A stretch of 64,000 nucleotides of DNA, taken from the NCBI GenBank assembly GCA_043228905.1, contig JBHGNT010000008.1, positions 7,130,001 through 7,194,000 on the forward strand. Reading direction: 5' to 3'. Below, piece after piece: positions 26,000 through 38,626 of this stretch. How positions within the stretch are numbered: the stretch's first letter is position 1; each line of letters begins with the position of its first letter. The translations under genes and the position numbers were made by a program. The stretch is from Azolla caroliniana (taxonomy: Eukaryota > Plantae > Polypodiophyta). The notes beneath the pieces were generated by a model. That model saw only the letters and a program-made list of their open reading frames with translations. It did not search any database and was not told the DNA's origin.

Positions 26000-27353
26000 C
26001 CACCCCCTTTCCAAATGGAGTAACTCCTGCAAGTCCTCTCCAACGCCATGCTTAAAATTAGCCATACAAATGAAGCTATGCTCTCCTTCCTCTCCTCTAA
26101 CAATGACCGCGCTCAAGATCGGCCAGATTGCAAGGTCCGCCCGAAGTCCTTCTCCGGCTTGCCTTCTAAGGATGTCGTAGCTTGGCTGAACCACTTCGAG
26201 ATGATCTCTAGTTACGATCGATGGTCTGACGAGCGCAAAGCTTTGGAAGTTTCTACCCTACTCGAAAATTTCGCCGCCACCTAGTATGTACAACAATCAA
26301 GCGAAGTGATAGAGAACTCAGTGATCCTCTGGGATCTCCACATGCAAAACTTTGCCCATCAAAATTCAGCCCAAACGGCGTTGCAACAACTCGAAACGTT
26401 GTAGCAACAAGCACATGAAGCCATGGGCCAATTTGATGTTCGCCTCAATCAACTCTTCGTTCACGCTGACCCTACCATGCCCGAGCATGTGAAGCTTTTC
26501 TTCTTATGGCCATGTTTGCGCCATGACATCACTCGCCGTGCTCGAGACCAAGGTCCCAAGACATTCAACGACGCCATCCTCATTGCCCAACGCATTGAAG
26601 ATTGTACATTATCCGGCTCCCAACCACGTTGGCCCCATCCATCATCGACTGACCTATGAGCCCAGTACCATGGAGCAGCCCCCATGAACGTTGATGTCCA
26701 AAACGTGTAGCTGCAGGCTCGCTGCAACCTTCTCAATCGCGATGGCCAAGGGTGCTTGAAGTGTTTCTACTAGCACTATTATGGACATGTCCGACGTCAT
26801 TGCCGGAAATTGCAACAACAATCTCACAAGAAACAAGTCTAGATAACCATGGCTGACACGACATTGTTGGCTGAGCTTCCAAGAAACTGACTTCTGGGGT
26901 GTTGATGGAAGAGCCATCCCGCCACATCTAAGCGTCCGCCTCTTCCAGTTCACAGGTATGCAGTGCTCTCGCCACCATCAATCACTCCACCCACATCATC
27001 TTATTAGAATCTGGTAGTAGTATCTCCTCCATTAGCACCGCCTTAGTTCACCAGTTAGGCCTACACACATTCACCGCTCCTTCCATCCAAGTCCTTTTTG
27101 GCAATCACCAACATCTATACCACTCTTGCACGCAAGCCCACTACACCTTCACCTTAGGCACTCTCATCTTCTCACACCACTTTTATGTCTTGCCCCACCA
27201 ACTCTTCCCCCTCTCCTTAGGTTGCGATTGGTTCCTCACACTTCGTGCTATGATTGATTTCAATGTCCACGAACTTCTTATCCCACATGCTCCCCCTATC
27301 CCCGTCCTACACGATAGCTCCCCTGTCCCCCACCTTAGCCAAGTCCAGATTAC
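26000..27353 (+). mobile_element. Degenerate Ty3/gypsy gag-protease remnant (different family)
   Basis: PKSFSG..DVVAWLNHFE, TFNDAILIAQRIE, PMNVD, decayed CCHC knuckle (GHVRRHC), protease-like LLESGSS and LGCDWFL. Confidence 0.7.
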
Positions 27354-27960
27354 TGTCACGAACACACCAAGTGCGGACTAGGACAGAGCACAAATGATGG
27401 GGCTACGAATGACGGATGAACTTGGAGCTAGATGTGACGAGGCTAGGAACTCTAGATGTTGTGAGCGACATGAGGGCATGAAGACAGAAATAGAGATCAA
27501 GGAGACAAAGATGAGGTGAAACAAGAATACTAGATTGATGTGTCAATGACTAATGTTGAATCCCTTGAAAGGGACCAAGGATGTTCGAAGTATTTATATA
27601 AATTCCAAGATTGAATATCTCTAGAATATACTCGAGAAATATCTCGAGAATATATCCGTTTAGAATATACCATAGAATAATTCTAGAATATACTAACGAT
27701 TAGAATATTCTCGAATGTACTACACACTAGACTCTATAATATATACAAGTTCACAATCGAATATGGACAGTTCACAAGCGTTTCCATATGGTTAACAAAA
27801 CACAATGTACGGTGTGTGTTAAAAGTCAAAGGTTTGAGTCTAGAATGTGAAATTATCCCCCCTCTTACGCCATCTTCTCAAACCGGTCGTTGGCTTAAGG
27901 GGATATTGTTGATGAAAATCTTAGACCACCTCCAAGTATTTTGTAAATCCTAGACAAGGA
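27354..27960 (-). mobile_element. 3' LTR (27354-27852), PPT and chromodomain-like tail of a chromovirus remnant
   Basis: TGTCAC...TGTGAAA termini; polypurine tract AGAGGGGGGATAA on the minus strand; peptide LEVV*DFHQQYPLKP. Confidence 0.5.
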
Positions 27961-27987
27961 GTAACCCTTCCAGAAGACGAGGTATTG

Positions 27988-28340
27988 AACACCAATGGGC
28001 ATGAGCGACCATGTGCGGTCCTCATGGGCAACACGAACACCAGCAGGCATGAGTGACCATGTCGCTCCTCGCCGAGAGTTGGAACATGACCACTAACGGG
28101 CGTGAGCGACCTTGTGTGGTCCTCACCGGGAACTGGAACATGAACAACAACATGCATGAGCGACGATGTCGGTCCTCGCCGGGATTTGGAACACGAAAAT
28201 AGCTGGAGTGAGTGACCATGTTCGATCCTCACCGGAGACTGGAACACGAATACCAACGGGCGTGTCTGACCATGTGTGGTCCTCACAGGGAATAAGAACA
28301 CCAACAGGCATGAGAGACCATGTCGGTTCTCGCAAGTCGG
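27988..28340. repeat. 48-54-bp tandem repeat, 7 copies
   Basis: Unit AACACCAACGGGCRTGAGYGACCATGT..GTCCTCRCCGG..ACTGGAACAYG. Confidence 0.85.
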
Positions 28341-30298
28341 AAAAGGGAAGCTATGCATGAACAAGGCATTCAAAGCAGAACAAAGAGTCCAAGCAATGAC
28401 AAGATGGGAGGACCCTGTGGAAGAGAAGTCTAGCTTCGTCGAGGCCATGTGTCAAAACTACAACGTCCTAATTGAAGAGACATGAAAAAGACTAGATGAC
28501 CAATTAGGCTTTTCAAAGAAACATGACACACGAGAAGCTGTTTGAAGAAGGGAGGAATCATCACCGCCCCAAACGATAACCGAAAGAGGGAAGGAAAGAA
28601 TCGGACCAACGTTCAAACTATGCTCGGAGATAGAGCAATACACTGACCTTAAGCGTGTGATGGAAGAAAGGATCCTGGATAGCCGAATTGAGTTCACACT
28701 ACGGGAGATCTTAGGAATTGCAAAGAAAGAATTTCATGATGTCATCATTGACTTAATAAGAAGGAAGAGACTGACGCCAACTGAAGAAGGAACCAGACTG
28801 GAAAATGTCTCGACAAGCACTATAACAATGGAAGGTCTCGAAATTGAACAAAAATTTGTGGGTAGCCATTTCGCTAGGCCACATTGGGCTAGGGCCACTA
28901 CCGAGACACCGGTGTGGATGGGAGACTTGAAAGATCCGGTGGTGGCGCTCATTGATAATAGCTTGGAGATCAACCTCATGTCTCTTGACTTCTATCGGAA
29001 AGGTCGCTAGCCCATTAATACTAGACATGGGTGGAAGATTTGAGCGGCAACCAGGGCGATTGAAGAGCTTCATGGGGCCTGCCCTAACGTTAAGGTAACT
29101 ATTGGTGACATTGAGCATGATCAACACTTTTTTGTGTAGGAATCGGCGTCACATCTTATCATCCTTGGCGAGCCTTACATTATAGCATCCTGGATGGAGA
29201 CAAAGGTACTTGATAATGGTTCAACATATGAGCGGATACAAAGTCAAGATGGGACAAGCTCGGTTAAATTCCTCACCGTACGACCGAACCATGAAAGAAA
29301 TAGGCATAACTTAGGGCAAGAATCTAGGGAGGATTTTTAATTCGGCCTATTAGGGAGAGGGACAACAATAGTCGGGGACATCTAACTATGTCCCCAATTC
29401 AGTGTAATAAAAGTTGTCACCCCATTAATGAAAATGAAGTCTTGTTTTTCGATTTGTATAGGGATATACCCTGACAGAAATAAAGGGGCCAAAAATTTAT
29501 AGCGTGTGACCTACTTGCCCGACATATACATGCATTGAAAATGAGGCTCTTTACCAATCACTCTGTGCCGCATCTTGCACAGAAGAATTTTAGATCTAAG
29601 CTAATTGTACATGACTATACATATTATGGAACAACAAGCGATGTGAAAGAAGTAGATGTAAAATTGTGTTTGGTTCTCATATTCTCTGTTGTCTGTGGGC
29701 CAAAATAGTATCATATGTGAAACGTAATAGGTATTAGGCAACAATAGGTAAAACAACCGAAAGCAATTAGAAGTAGCCAAAAAAAACACAGTCGTAAACG
29801 TGAAAGGAGAAGGAGCGTGCCAAGGAACATATATATAAGGAGCAACAGACTGAAGAAAAAGAGAGAGAGATATAGGAGAGAAGTCTGAGGTTATTACATA
29901 AAATATCATACTACAGTGTATCTATTACATTCCGGCAGATAGCCGCGTAACTGTAACCATTTCCCATTCTGTAATCTAAATAGTGTTGGCTCTATGTAAT
30001 GTCACTGTTAGCTTTTAATAATTGTTAAATAATTTAACTCTCCCTATTGTGTATACACAAACTGAGGCTTTCTCTTATGTAATCTGTAGGGTGTCATCTC
30101 GTTTCTTAAAAGCGATTTTGACCACCATGTACCACAGTCCTTTGGTTCGATTCCGGTTAGGAATCGAAGTTGTAGCCTCCGGAGAGAAGGCAACATTCTC
30201 AAAATCATATGGTTTTATGGTTGGGTACATAGCCTAATGTAAGATGTGCGAGCCTTCATAAATTTCCCAATTCGTATGATATTGGAATTATGAAAAGA

Positions 30299-30683
30299 GT
30301 CTGCATTAATTTCAAGGTATATCCAACAAGGGCAAGATCTTGAATAGCTGAAGTGTTACGAATGTATGCAAAGTGAGGGGCTTTCTCGTGATGTGATCTC
30401 ATTCTTTTTGCATTTGAAAGGCTTATGGAAACATAGCAGCTCTATACAAGGGTAAAAAATGCATGATATGATTCTCAACTCAAGGTTGCTGAAAAATAAT
30501 TTTATGCATGGAAATACCTTAGTGAATATGTATGCCAAATGTGGAGAGTTTGTAAAATCTCAAAAAGTGCTTCAAGAGCTTCCTATTCGAGATATAGTCT
30601 CTTGTAATGAATGCACTTATTGGTGGGTATGCTAAACAGGGTCAAGGCTGCAAAGTGTTGGATTGTTTAAAACAGATTCAGTC
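30299..30683 (+). pseudogene. PLS-class pentatricopeptide repeat (PPR) gene fragment
   Basis: ALISRYIQQGQ..CYECMQSEGLSRDVISF, GNTLVNMYAKCG, KVLQELPIRDIVS, ALIGGYAKQGQG, with stops and frameshifts. Confidence 0.85.
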
Positions 30684-33026
30684 AACAGAATGATTCCAAT
30701 AAAATCTGTCGCCTTATACACCGCCATCGAAGAATATGAACAAGGTGTCGCGACGGATGAAGTCGAAGTTAATACCAAATACAAGACTGTGGATAAGAAG
30801 GTCAAACCTGTGGCTGCTCCCTTGCTTGAAGATAGTTGGCAGCGAATAAAGGAGGTAGCGAGAGATCTGTGCCTTAGAAACCAGAAAGGAGTAGGGCATG
30901 TCATCGATGAAACTCGGAGGAAGCTCAAAATTGGTGGGGGTGAGTTTTTGCTTCCCAAAGAAGAGTCCAAGTTCCGGGAAATGTTGGAGCAACACGGGAA
31001 AGCATTTGCCTTTTGCCCACAAGAGATCGGATGTGTTGACCCAATGCTTGTGGAACCAATGGTTATCTTTACAATAACCCATGTGCCATGGAACTTGAAG
31101 CCAATTCCCATTCCAAGAGCTCAAACTCCAAGATTGCTAGAGCTGTTAAAAGAAAAGATTAGAATGGAAATCCTTGAGCCATCTAATGCGCCTTATTCAA
31201 ATAGGTGGTTCACAGTGCCGAAGAAGAATGGAGCGCTTCGATTTATCCAAGATTTGCAACTGGTAAACAAGGTCACCATTCGTAATGTTGGTATTGGACC
31301 TAGTGTTGATGAGTTTGCTGAAGCTTTTGTAGGAAGGTCGATTTACTCAATTGGAGACTTGTATTCTGGATACGACCAATTTCAATTATCTTTGGACAGT
31401 CGAGACATCACAACGATGCGGACTCCCATCGGGCTAGTAAGGATGTGCACATTACTGCAAGGGGCAACTAACTCAGTGGCCCACATGATGAATGCCATGA
31501 ACAAAGTACTAAGAGACTGCATCCCAAATATTACGATGCCTTTCCTCGATGATGTCCCTAAAAAGGGGTGCCTTGAATCAGAGAAGGATGAGTCTTTAGA
31601 TCAAGATGGATGTTGAAGATTTGTTTCAAACCATACTGAAGACTGTGGAAGAGTGCTAAAAAGACTAGAAGGTGCACGACTCACATTCTTCGGAGAAAAA
31701 TCAGCATTTGGCCAACGCGAGATCCTAGTAGTGGGACATCTTTGTGGACCATATGAACGGAAACCCTCTCCTGAGAAGGTGAATGCTATTCAAGAGATGC
31801 GAGAGGAATGTGGAACATAGACAAAGGTCTGAAGATTCTTAGGAGCATGTGTGTTCTACCACATTTGGATTCCACACTATGCTCATGTGGCTGAAACCTT
31901 GTATAGGTTACTAAAAAAAGGGAGAAAATTCAAATGGGAATCAGTACACACAAAGGTGATGAAGAGGTTAAAAGGGCTACTAATGGCAACACCAGCTTTA
32001 AGGAAAGCCATCTACAAAGAAGGGATGCCCATCTATATCACGGTAGATACGAGTCCAACGGGAATTGGATGGGTCATCAACCAAGAAGGAGAAGATAGCA
32101 CACGGTACGCCATCCGGTTCGGAGCAAAGGTCCTTTGCGAACAACAATGATGATACGCCCAAGTAAAGTGGAAACTCTGGGGTATAGTGTCTGCAGTGAA
32201 GGTAGACAAGCACGGGTCGGAGGTGGTAATTGAAATGGATTGCCTCCCAATCCTTGGGATGATCTCCAGATGTGCGACACTAGATCTGGCTATGCTAAGG
32301 TGGATCGCTTATATCAAGTCTTTGAACCCAGAGATCCGCCACATTGCTGGGAAGAACAACGTCATGGACGACATGCTGTCAAGAGCACGATTCGAGGATG
32401 AAAGTGCCATAGTTTCGGAAGATGAAGATGTCACCCTCGACTTCTTCAAGGAAACCCGACTGTCGTCAGAAGACAGAGGCATGCCAACCCTCCACGCTCT
32501 CAATGAGAATGAGTATGAAGGGGAGTGGTTGCTAATCAGGAGATTCTTGAGAACAATGATGGCGGATGCTTCATGGACGAAGGAGGAGGCTCTACAAGTA
32601 CGGAAGAAAGCTTACCAATACTTTCTGAAGGGAGGATTCCTTTGGTGGCATCCAAAGAGAAGGATAGGGATGCCAGGATAAGTAGTGGTGAAGAAAGAGG
32701 ACCAAACAACGTTGATGTCTGAATTCCACGAGAGTCCATGGGCAGGTCATAGAGGAACTGTGCAACGTTTGAAAAGCTAAAGGAGAAGTATTGGTGGCCG
32801 AGCATGTACAAAGATGTACTACATTTCATGTCCACATGCGAAAACTGCCAAGTACATTCGAACATACGTCACCGTGATGAGTGGTGACTAACATACCCAC
32901 TCACCATACACTTTAAATGGATGGTGGATCTGGTCTCGATGCCAATGGGAGTGGGACAGATGAAGTACTTGGTACTAGCGAGGGAAGACCTGAAAAACCT
33001 GGTAGAAGGACGAGGCTTAGCAAATA

Positions 33027-33690
33027 AGACGACAACATCCATATGCAAATTTTTGCTCGAAGAGGTCGTCTGCCAATATAGATGTGTGTGGGAAAGATAG
33101 TGGCCGATTGAGGGGAGTTAGATGCGCACGAAGCAATGGAGCTCTTCGAGCGACTAGGCCTAAAGCTCTCCCTCACAATTGCCTATAATCCGGAAGCAAA
33201 TGGGAAGATCGAGCGAGGGCATGGGCCGATAGTCAAACGTACGAGCATGCGATGGTCGAGTTGGGAATTGGCCGCGATTATTGCCCTATGCATTGTGGGC
33301 CGATAGAACTACGCACAGTTTTGTGACAGCTATATGCCAGCAGAGCTCATGTATGGATAGACGACGACATCCATATGCAAATTTCTGCTTGAAGAGGTCG
33401 TTTGCTGATACAGATGTGTGGGAAAGATAGTGGCCGACTGAGGGGAGTTAGATGCACACGAAGCAATGGAGCTCTTCGAGCAACTAGGCGTAAAGCTCTC
33501 CTTCACAGTTGCCTATAATCCAGAAGCAAATGGGAAGATCAAGCGAGGGCATGGGCCGATAGTCAAACGTACGAGCATGCGATGGTGGAGTTAGGAATTG
33601 GCCGCGATTATTGCCCTATGCATTGTGGGCCGATAGAGCTACGCACAGTTTTGTGACAGGCTATATACCAACAGAGCTCATGTATGGACA
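33027..33690 (+). repeat. 332-bp tandem duplication of the integrase core
   Basis: AGACGAC.ACATCCATATGCAAATTT at 33027 and 33359; near-identical continuation. Confidence 0.9.
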
Positions 33691-34998
33691 GAAACTAGTA
33701 ATGCCCATCGAGAGGACGATCGCCTCATGGGTAGCAATACCATGGGGGAATGAGATGAGCCGTGAAGAATTATTGGCGGCACGGATAAGGCAGCTTGAAA
33801 GAAGACCCGAAGATCTAGAGAACGCGCGAAAGATAATGGAGACAACCCGAGTGAAGAATAAGATTCGGTTCGATAAGACACACCGACTGCGTCCGAAGAA
33901 GATCGAAGAAGGAGATTGGGTATTGGTCTACGAAAACAACCTTGACAACCAACACAAGACGACAAGGAAGTTCGCAAGAAGGTGGTTCAGACCGTATGTG
34001 GTGATGAGTGCCAACGACAACGCCACCTACCACCTCGCAGAGCTAGACGGATCAAGGTTGGCCATACCCATTGCGGGGCAAAGAGTAAAGATATTCAAGA
34101 AAAGACAAGATGAGGGTCCTAACCTCGATGACCTCAACAATGAAGATAGTACGGCGGGAACCACAAACGTGAGCGAGGTCAATGAGGACGTGGAGGAAAT
34201 TGATTAATCACTGTAGCCGAAATCTCACACTCCTTGGCACATACCGGAAGACGTGTGGTTTGGTGGGGTTGGATGTCGTGAAGATTTTTGACAACAGTGT
34301 GAAAATCGCGTGGAACAAAGAAAATCAAGAAGGTGCAATGTGCACACGTTCATTGTACTTTTCACATGTAACTACTCGTACATGAGAGCTTGAATGAGGG
34401 ACATGGTCATCATGCATCACATGTGATGCATGAGCGCCAAATGGCAATCATGCATCACATGCATTTCATGCATTGCATGTGCCATGTCTTACACCCTCAC
34501 ATGCATCATATGTATGGGGGCATCTATATAAGAAGGAAAGGAAGGGAAAGTAAATCAAGTGATGTATGGAATTAATAAAATAATAATAAAAGCTTAGTTG
34601 TCTCATTGGCAATGTATCTCTTCTTTCAATTTTGAGGTCAAAGGTTCAAACCCGGAATTGGATTTCCCCCTCGTATCTGTCTATCTACCTTTAATACTTT
34701 CTCGCTTGCGCTAGTCCTTCCGGTCCAGAACACTGACGGTCCCACTTCATTCTCTTGTACGATCCTTTCAATCCACCATCAACATTTGTGGATAGAGGTC
34801 GGTGCTTGTCTGTGCACATCGCGACGTTTGGCACATTTGTCACGTGCTTCGCAACATCTTTGTGGTGCGGTAAATATTCTCTCTCTCTCTCTCTCTCCCT
34901 CTTTTCTCTCAGTCAACCCACACAAGTGTCTACAACAACAAGAACGAACCGATTGTAAACCTAAACGACTGATTCCTTACAACCACAAGTCACCCGAT

Positions 34999-36312
34999 TC
35001 ATCCTCCTTGGTCAAAGACCCCAGTGGTCCCGTTCAACCGACCCGTAGGTGCGGATTTCCACGACAACGCGCTTCTTCCAGCACTCGCTCTCCCGGTGGC
35101 CTTTCTTGCCACAATACTAGCATTCCGCGTCGGCTTTCGATTGCCTCGACTCCCCCTGCTTGTGGAGAGTCTGGAACTGCTGTCGGCACTATCTCTGTGC
35201 CCCCGATTCTGCTCTTGCCGTCCGCCGCTATTGCGTGCCGACCCACCTCGTCCTCCACATTCACGGGGCCAATCCGCCTCTGTGTATAACATCCGACTGT
35301 CCGATTGAGTGGTCCTTGACCCACTCGCGTGGTTTTCTTCGACCATCAACATCGATTGCAGGTCGAAGAAGGACAATGGTTTCACCGGAGTGCAAATTGC
35401 TGTCCGGATTGGCTTGTACCGTTGTGCTAGACCATGGAGCCAGATCTGGACCATCTCGTCTTCGTCCACTGTCACATTGATGGAACCGAGCATTTCACAG
35501 ATCTCCTTTATCCTGGTGGTATAGTCGGTGACCGACATGTCCCATTGTTGTATACTGTTGAGCTCTTGTTGAAGATGCAACTTCCAACGTGGTACTTGCA
35601 ACGAAAATCTTTTGGAGATTTTCCCAGGCCTCTTTCGGCGTTTTTGCATCCCTGATGTAGCCGAGCATCTAGTCGTGCACACAGGACGTGAGGCAGTACA
35701 ACACTCTGCTCGCTCCTTGCTCCCATGCCGAGAAGTCCTCATGTAGCTCCAGTATCCGTGCCCTAGCAGGTACTGGTGCATTTTATACGACTAGGACCCA
35801 TAGTTGCTCCGGTTGACCAGTGATTAGGGTTTGTCTGTTTCAAGAAGTTGTCGGCAGTAGAGGTTCTCAACCCTCACTCTCTGATACCATGTAAAAGTTA
35901 ATATGCAGAAGCTTAGAAAAACCAGCTCAATTGGTTAACAATAGTAAAACAAAAATGAAGGTTTAATGGAAGCTTAAGAATACACAGTACACGGGAGAGA
36001 CAGAGAGAGCAGAATAACATAAACTCAATTCAAAATAATCCCAGTCTATGTATACAAATGTCCTATAGAACACTTTTTATACAAGTCCTTAAAAGGACTA
36101 ACAAAAGTACTAACAAATACTTCAATGCTCATACGAGCGATTGACACTAACTCCAAGGAATTTGCCTACGTACTAGGCTAAGATTGTAGACTTCTAAAGG
36201 CCTATCGGTTACAATCCGATCCGTCTTTCTGATGCGGTTCTCCGTTCCGGATGCTGTTCTGGTTTCGGCTTATTCAGTGGACTCGGATCCGGTTGACCTT
36301 GTCCGCTCAACA
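34999..36312 (-). mobile_element. Truncated copia: 5' LTR 35890-36312, tRNA-iMet PBS, decayed gag
   Basis: TGTTGAG...TTTTACA LTR, PBS TGGTATCAGAG (35879-35889), gag (YLLGHGYW, DEDEMVQI, knuckle C*YCGKKGHRESEC). Confidence 0.85.
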
Positions 36313-36719
36313 CACACAAAGGGAGAAAGAGAGCAACAACGAACCATCTAACAGTAACCTAGTACCCTAGAGGATAAAGACAAAATCAGAGTGTGAAGAA
36401 AACTAGAAGAAGAAGAAGAAATTGAAACATATAGATGGAAAGGAGGGGAAAAACAACAGAAGCCAAAAAATAAAAGAAATAAAGAAATATAACAGAAAAA
36501 AAGAAATAATAATAATAATAATAAAGAGAGACAAGGGCATTTGAGAAAAAATCATAAACATGGGGGCACCGACTTAATTTTAAAAACTCATAAACGTGGA
36601 GAAAATAGACGAGATTGATTCACAATAACTTACAAAATATAAGGAAGAATACACATACACACAACGTTTTTTGAAGACCCGAAGGATGATAACAAAGTTC
36701 GTGAGGTGACAGAATGGGA

Positions 36720-38280
36720 ATGTTCGTGTTGTTGAATATTTGCTGACCGAATGGGATGTTCGAGTCAAGCGTTATGATCAAGGGAGTTGATCAATGAGAA
36801 GGCCGATGAAGTTTCCGGTCGATTAGAGATTATCTTTCTTCCTCTATTTCTTGCTTTTCATATTTGTCCAAATCCCCTTAGCCATTCACATTAATCACTC
36901 ACTCACACCTCTTCTTATTTGTCCACATGCACACATGTGTGCATATGTTCACATATGTATCTATTCACACCCACAATTACACTTATGCACATTTATACAT
37001 ACACAACAACAACATTAAGTCTTTCACCCTCACTCGTCATACTTATAAATCTCCCGTACATCCCATACGGTAACACATTATGGCACGCTCGTGGGACAAT
37101 GCCTTGCACGGGTGAACCCACATGCCTTCAATAAACACGAATATCGGTCCTTGGACCAGAACTCCCTTGGTCTTCTTCTATCGCGTTGGTCGGAACTCCA
37201 TCGACCGGAACACGCGTAACACGAACACAAACTCAACGACACAAACCTCTCGCTCGGTCAGAACATCCTCGAGCATAGAAACTTCGGTACTCTTTTTCTA
37301 GTCTTACAATGATGCTGTGTGTATGTATGTGTATGTGTTTTTATTTTATGTGAGTTTACAAATTTTTTGTATTTGCCCTCATATTTTTGAGATTCTAGAT
37401 AATGCCCTTCAAGTTTTTGAAATTTGTGGGTGTGCCCTCTCTCTCTCTTTCTTTCATTATTTACCTTTGCTTTCTGTCTTCCTGTCTCCTTCATGACCCT
37501 GCCTCTGCTCCCAGTTCTGCTTCACTCCGTCTCCTCCTGCGATTTCTTCTGCAACCAACAAAATCTCATCTCCTCTTCTTTCTCTGTCTTTTTGTTTCAT
37601 TCCTTTTCCCTTCTTCCCCATTCCAATTTCTCTCCTTCTATTCGGTCCTCTCTGGTGCTCTTCTGTCTTCTTCTTCTGGTCCGCTTCATCGTCTTCACAG
37701 TCTTGTTTGTCTCTGTCTGGCTGTCTGTTGGTTTGCACTGATCTTCGTCGGCTGTCCAGCCATTGCCGTTTCCGGCCACTATCTGGCCAATCGCTGCCGC
37801 CACTCGGCCACTATTAGACCATTGTCCGGCGGCTATCCGGCCACCACTCGACCGCTGTTCGGCTACTATCCGGCCAATTGCCACCACTCGGCCGTTATTC
37901 GTCCGCTGTTCGGACACCACTTGGCCGTTGTTCAGCCGCCACTCTGGCCGCTGTCAGGCCAATTGCCGTCGCCACTAGGCCGCTGTTCGGCTGCTGTCAG
38001 CCGCTATCCGGTCGCCACTCGACCACTATTCGGCCAATCATCGTTCGGCCACTTTCCGACCGCTATTCGACCATTTGCCGTTGTTTGGCCATTACCTGGC
38101 CACTGCTGGCCACTGTCTGACCAATCACCACCAGCACTCGGCCGTTGTTCGTCCACCACTTGGCCTCTGTCGACCATTGTCCGGCCAATCGCCGCAGCTG
38201 TCGGCCACTCCTCGGCCAATTGCCGCTGTCCAGCCATTGGCTGCTACTATCTGGCCTCCGGTCGGTCACAATTCGATCGT
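36720..38280 (+). mobile_element. Probable Tat/Ogre-like 5' region: PBS-like TGGCACGC..GTGGGAC and GC-rich CGGCCA repeat leader
   Basis: PBS-like motif at 37081-37097; dense degenerate TCGGCCAC/TCGGCCGTTG repeats at 37750-38270; no coding motif. Confidence 0.35.
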
Positions 38281-38626
38281 TGTTCGTGTTAGAAGTTATA
38301 ATTAACTAATTGGCTGTTGATGAGCAACTACTTAGTTAATTACTAAATAAAACCCCACACCCCAAGTTATTATTAGTAAAAGAAAACAGTTTTTCATATT
38401 AGTTGTATTTAAAAGCTTACCTCATTTTTCCCTCCACTTCCGAAGTTGGGGAACCTATTGTGTGTGCTCTCTGCATCCTAGCATCTTTTATTCATCACTC
38501 TTAGTTGTTGTATTTACTAACTTGTTTTGTTAATCAAAATTCTTATTGCTTTTCAAGTTATTCCATAATTCCTGTTTGCCATAATCTTGTATCTTGTGTC
38601 AAAATCTCTACATGGTATGAGAGCGT

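Larger units (their letters stand above)
28340..34856 (+). mobile_element. Gypsy family X copy 1 (5'-truncated, decayed): gag end/protease, RT-RH-IN, PPT, LTR 34274-34856
   Basis: HWARATTET, ALIDNSLEINLMS (protease), gag-pro stop 29338-29340, KYKTVDKKVKPV, DLYSGYDQ, PFLDD, TVDTSPTGIGW, YNPEANGKIERGH; LTR ends TGTCGTGAAG...CTTCGCAACA. Confidence 0.9.

Noticed and set aside
37402-38305. 296-aa ORF and overlapping ORFs
   Set aside because: Arise from pyrimidine-rich and GC-rich repeats lacking stops; no recognisable domain.
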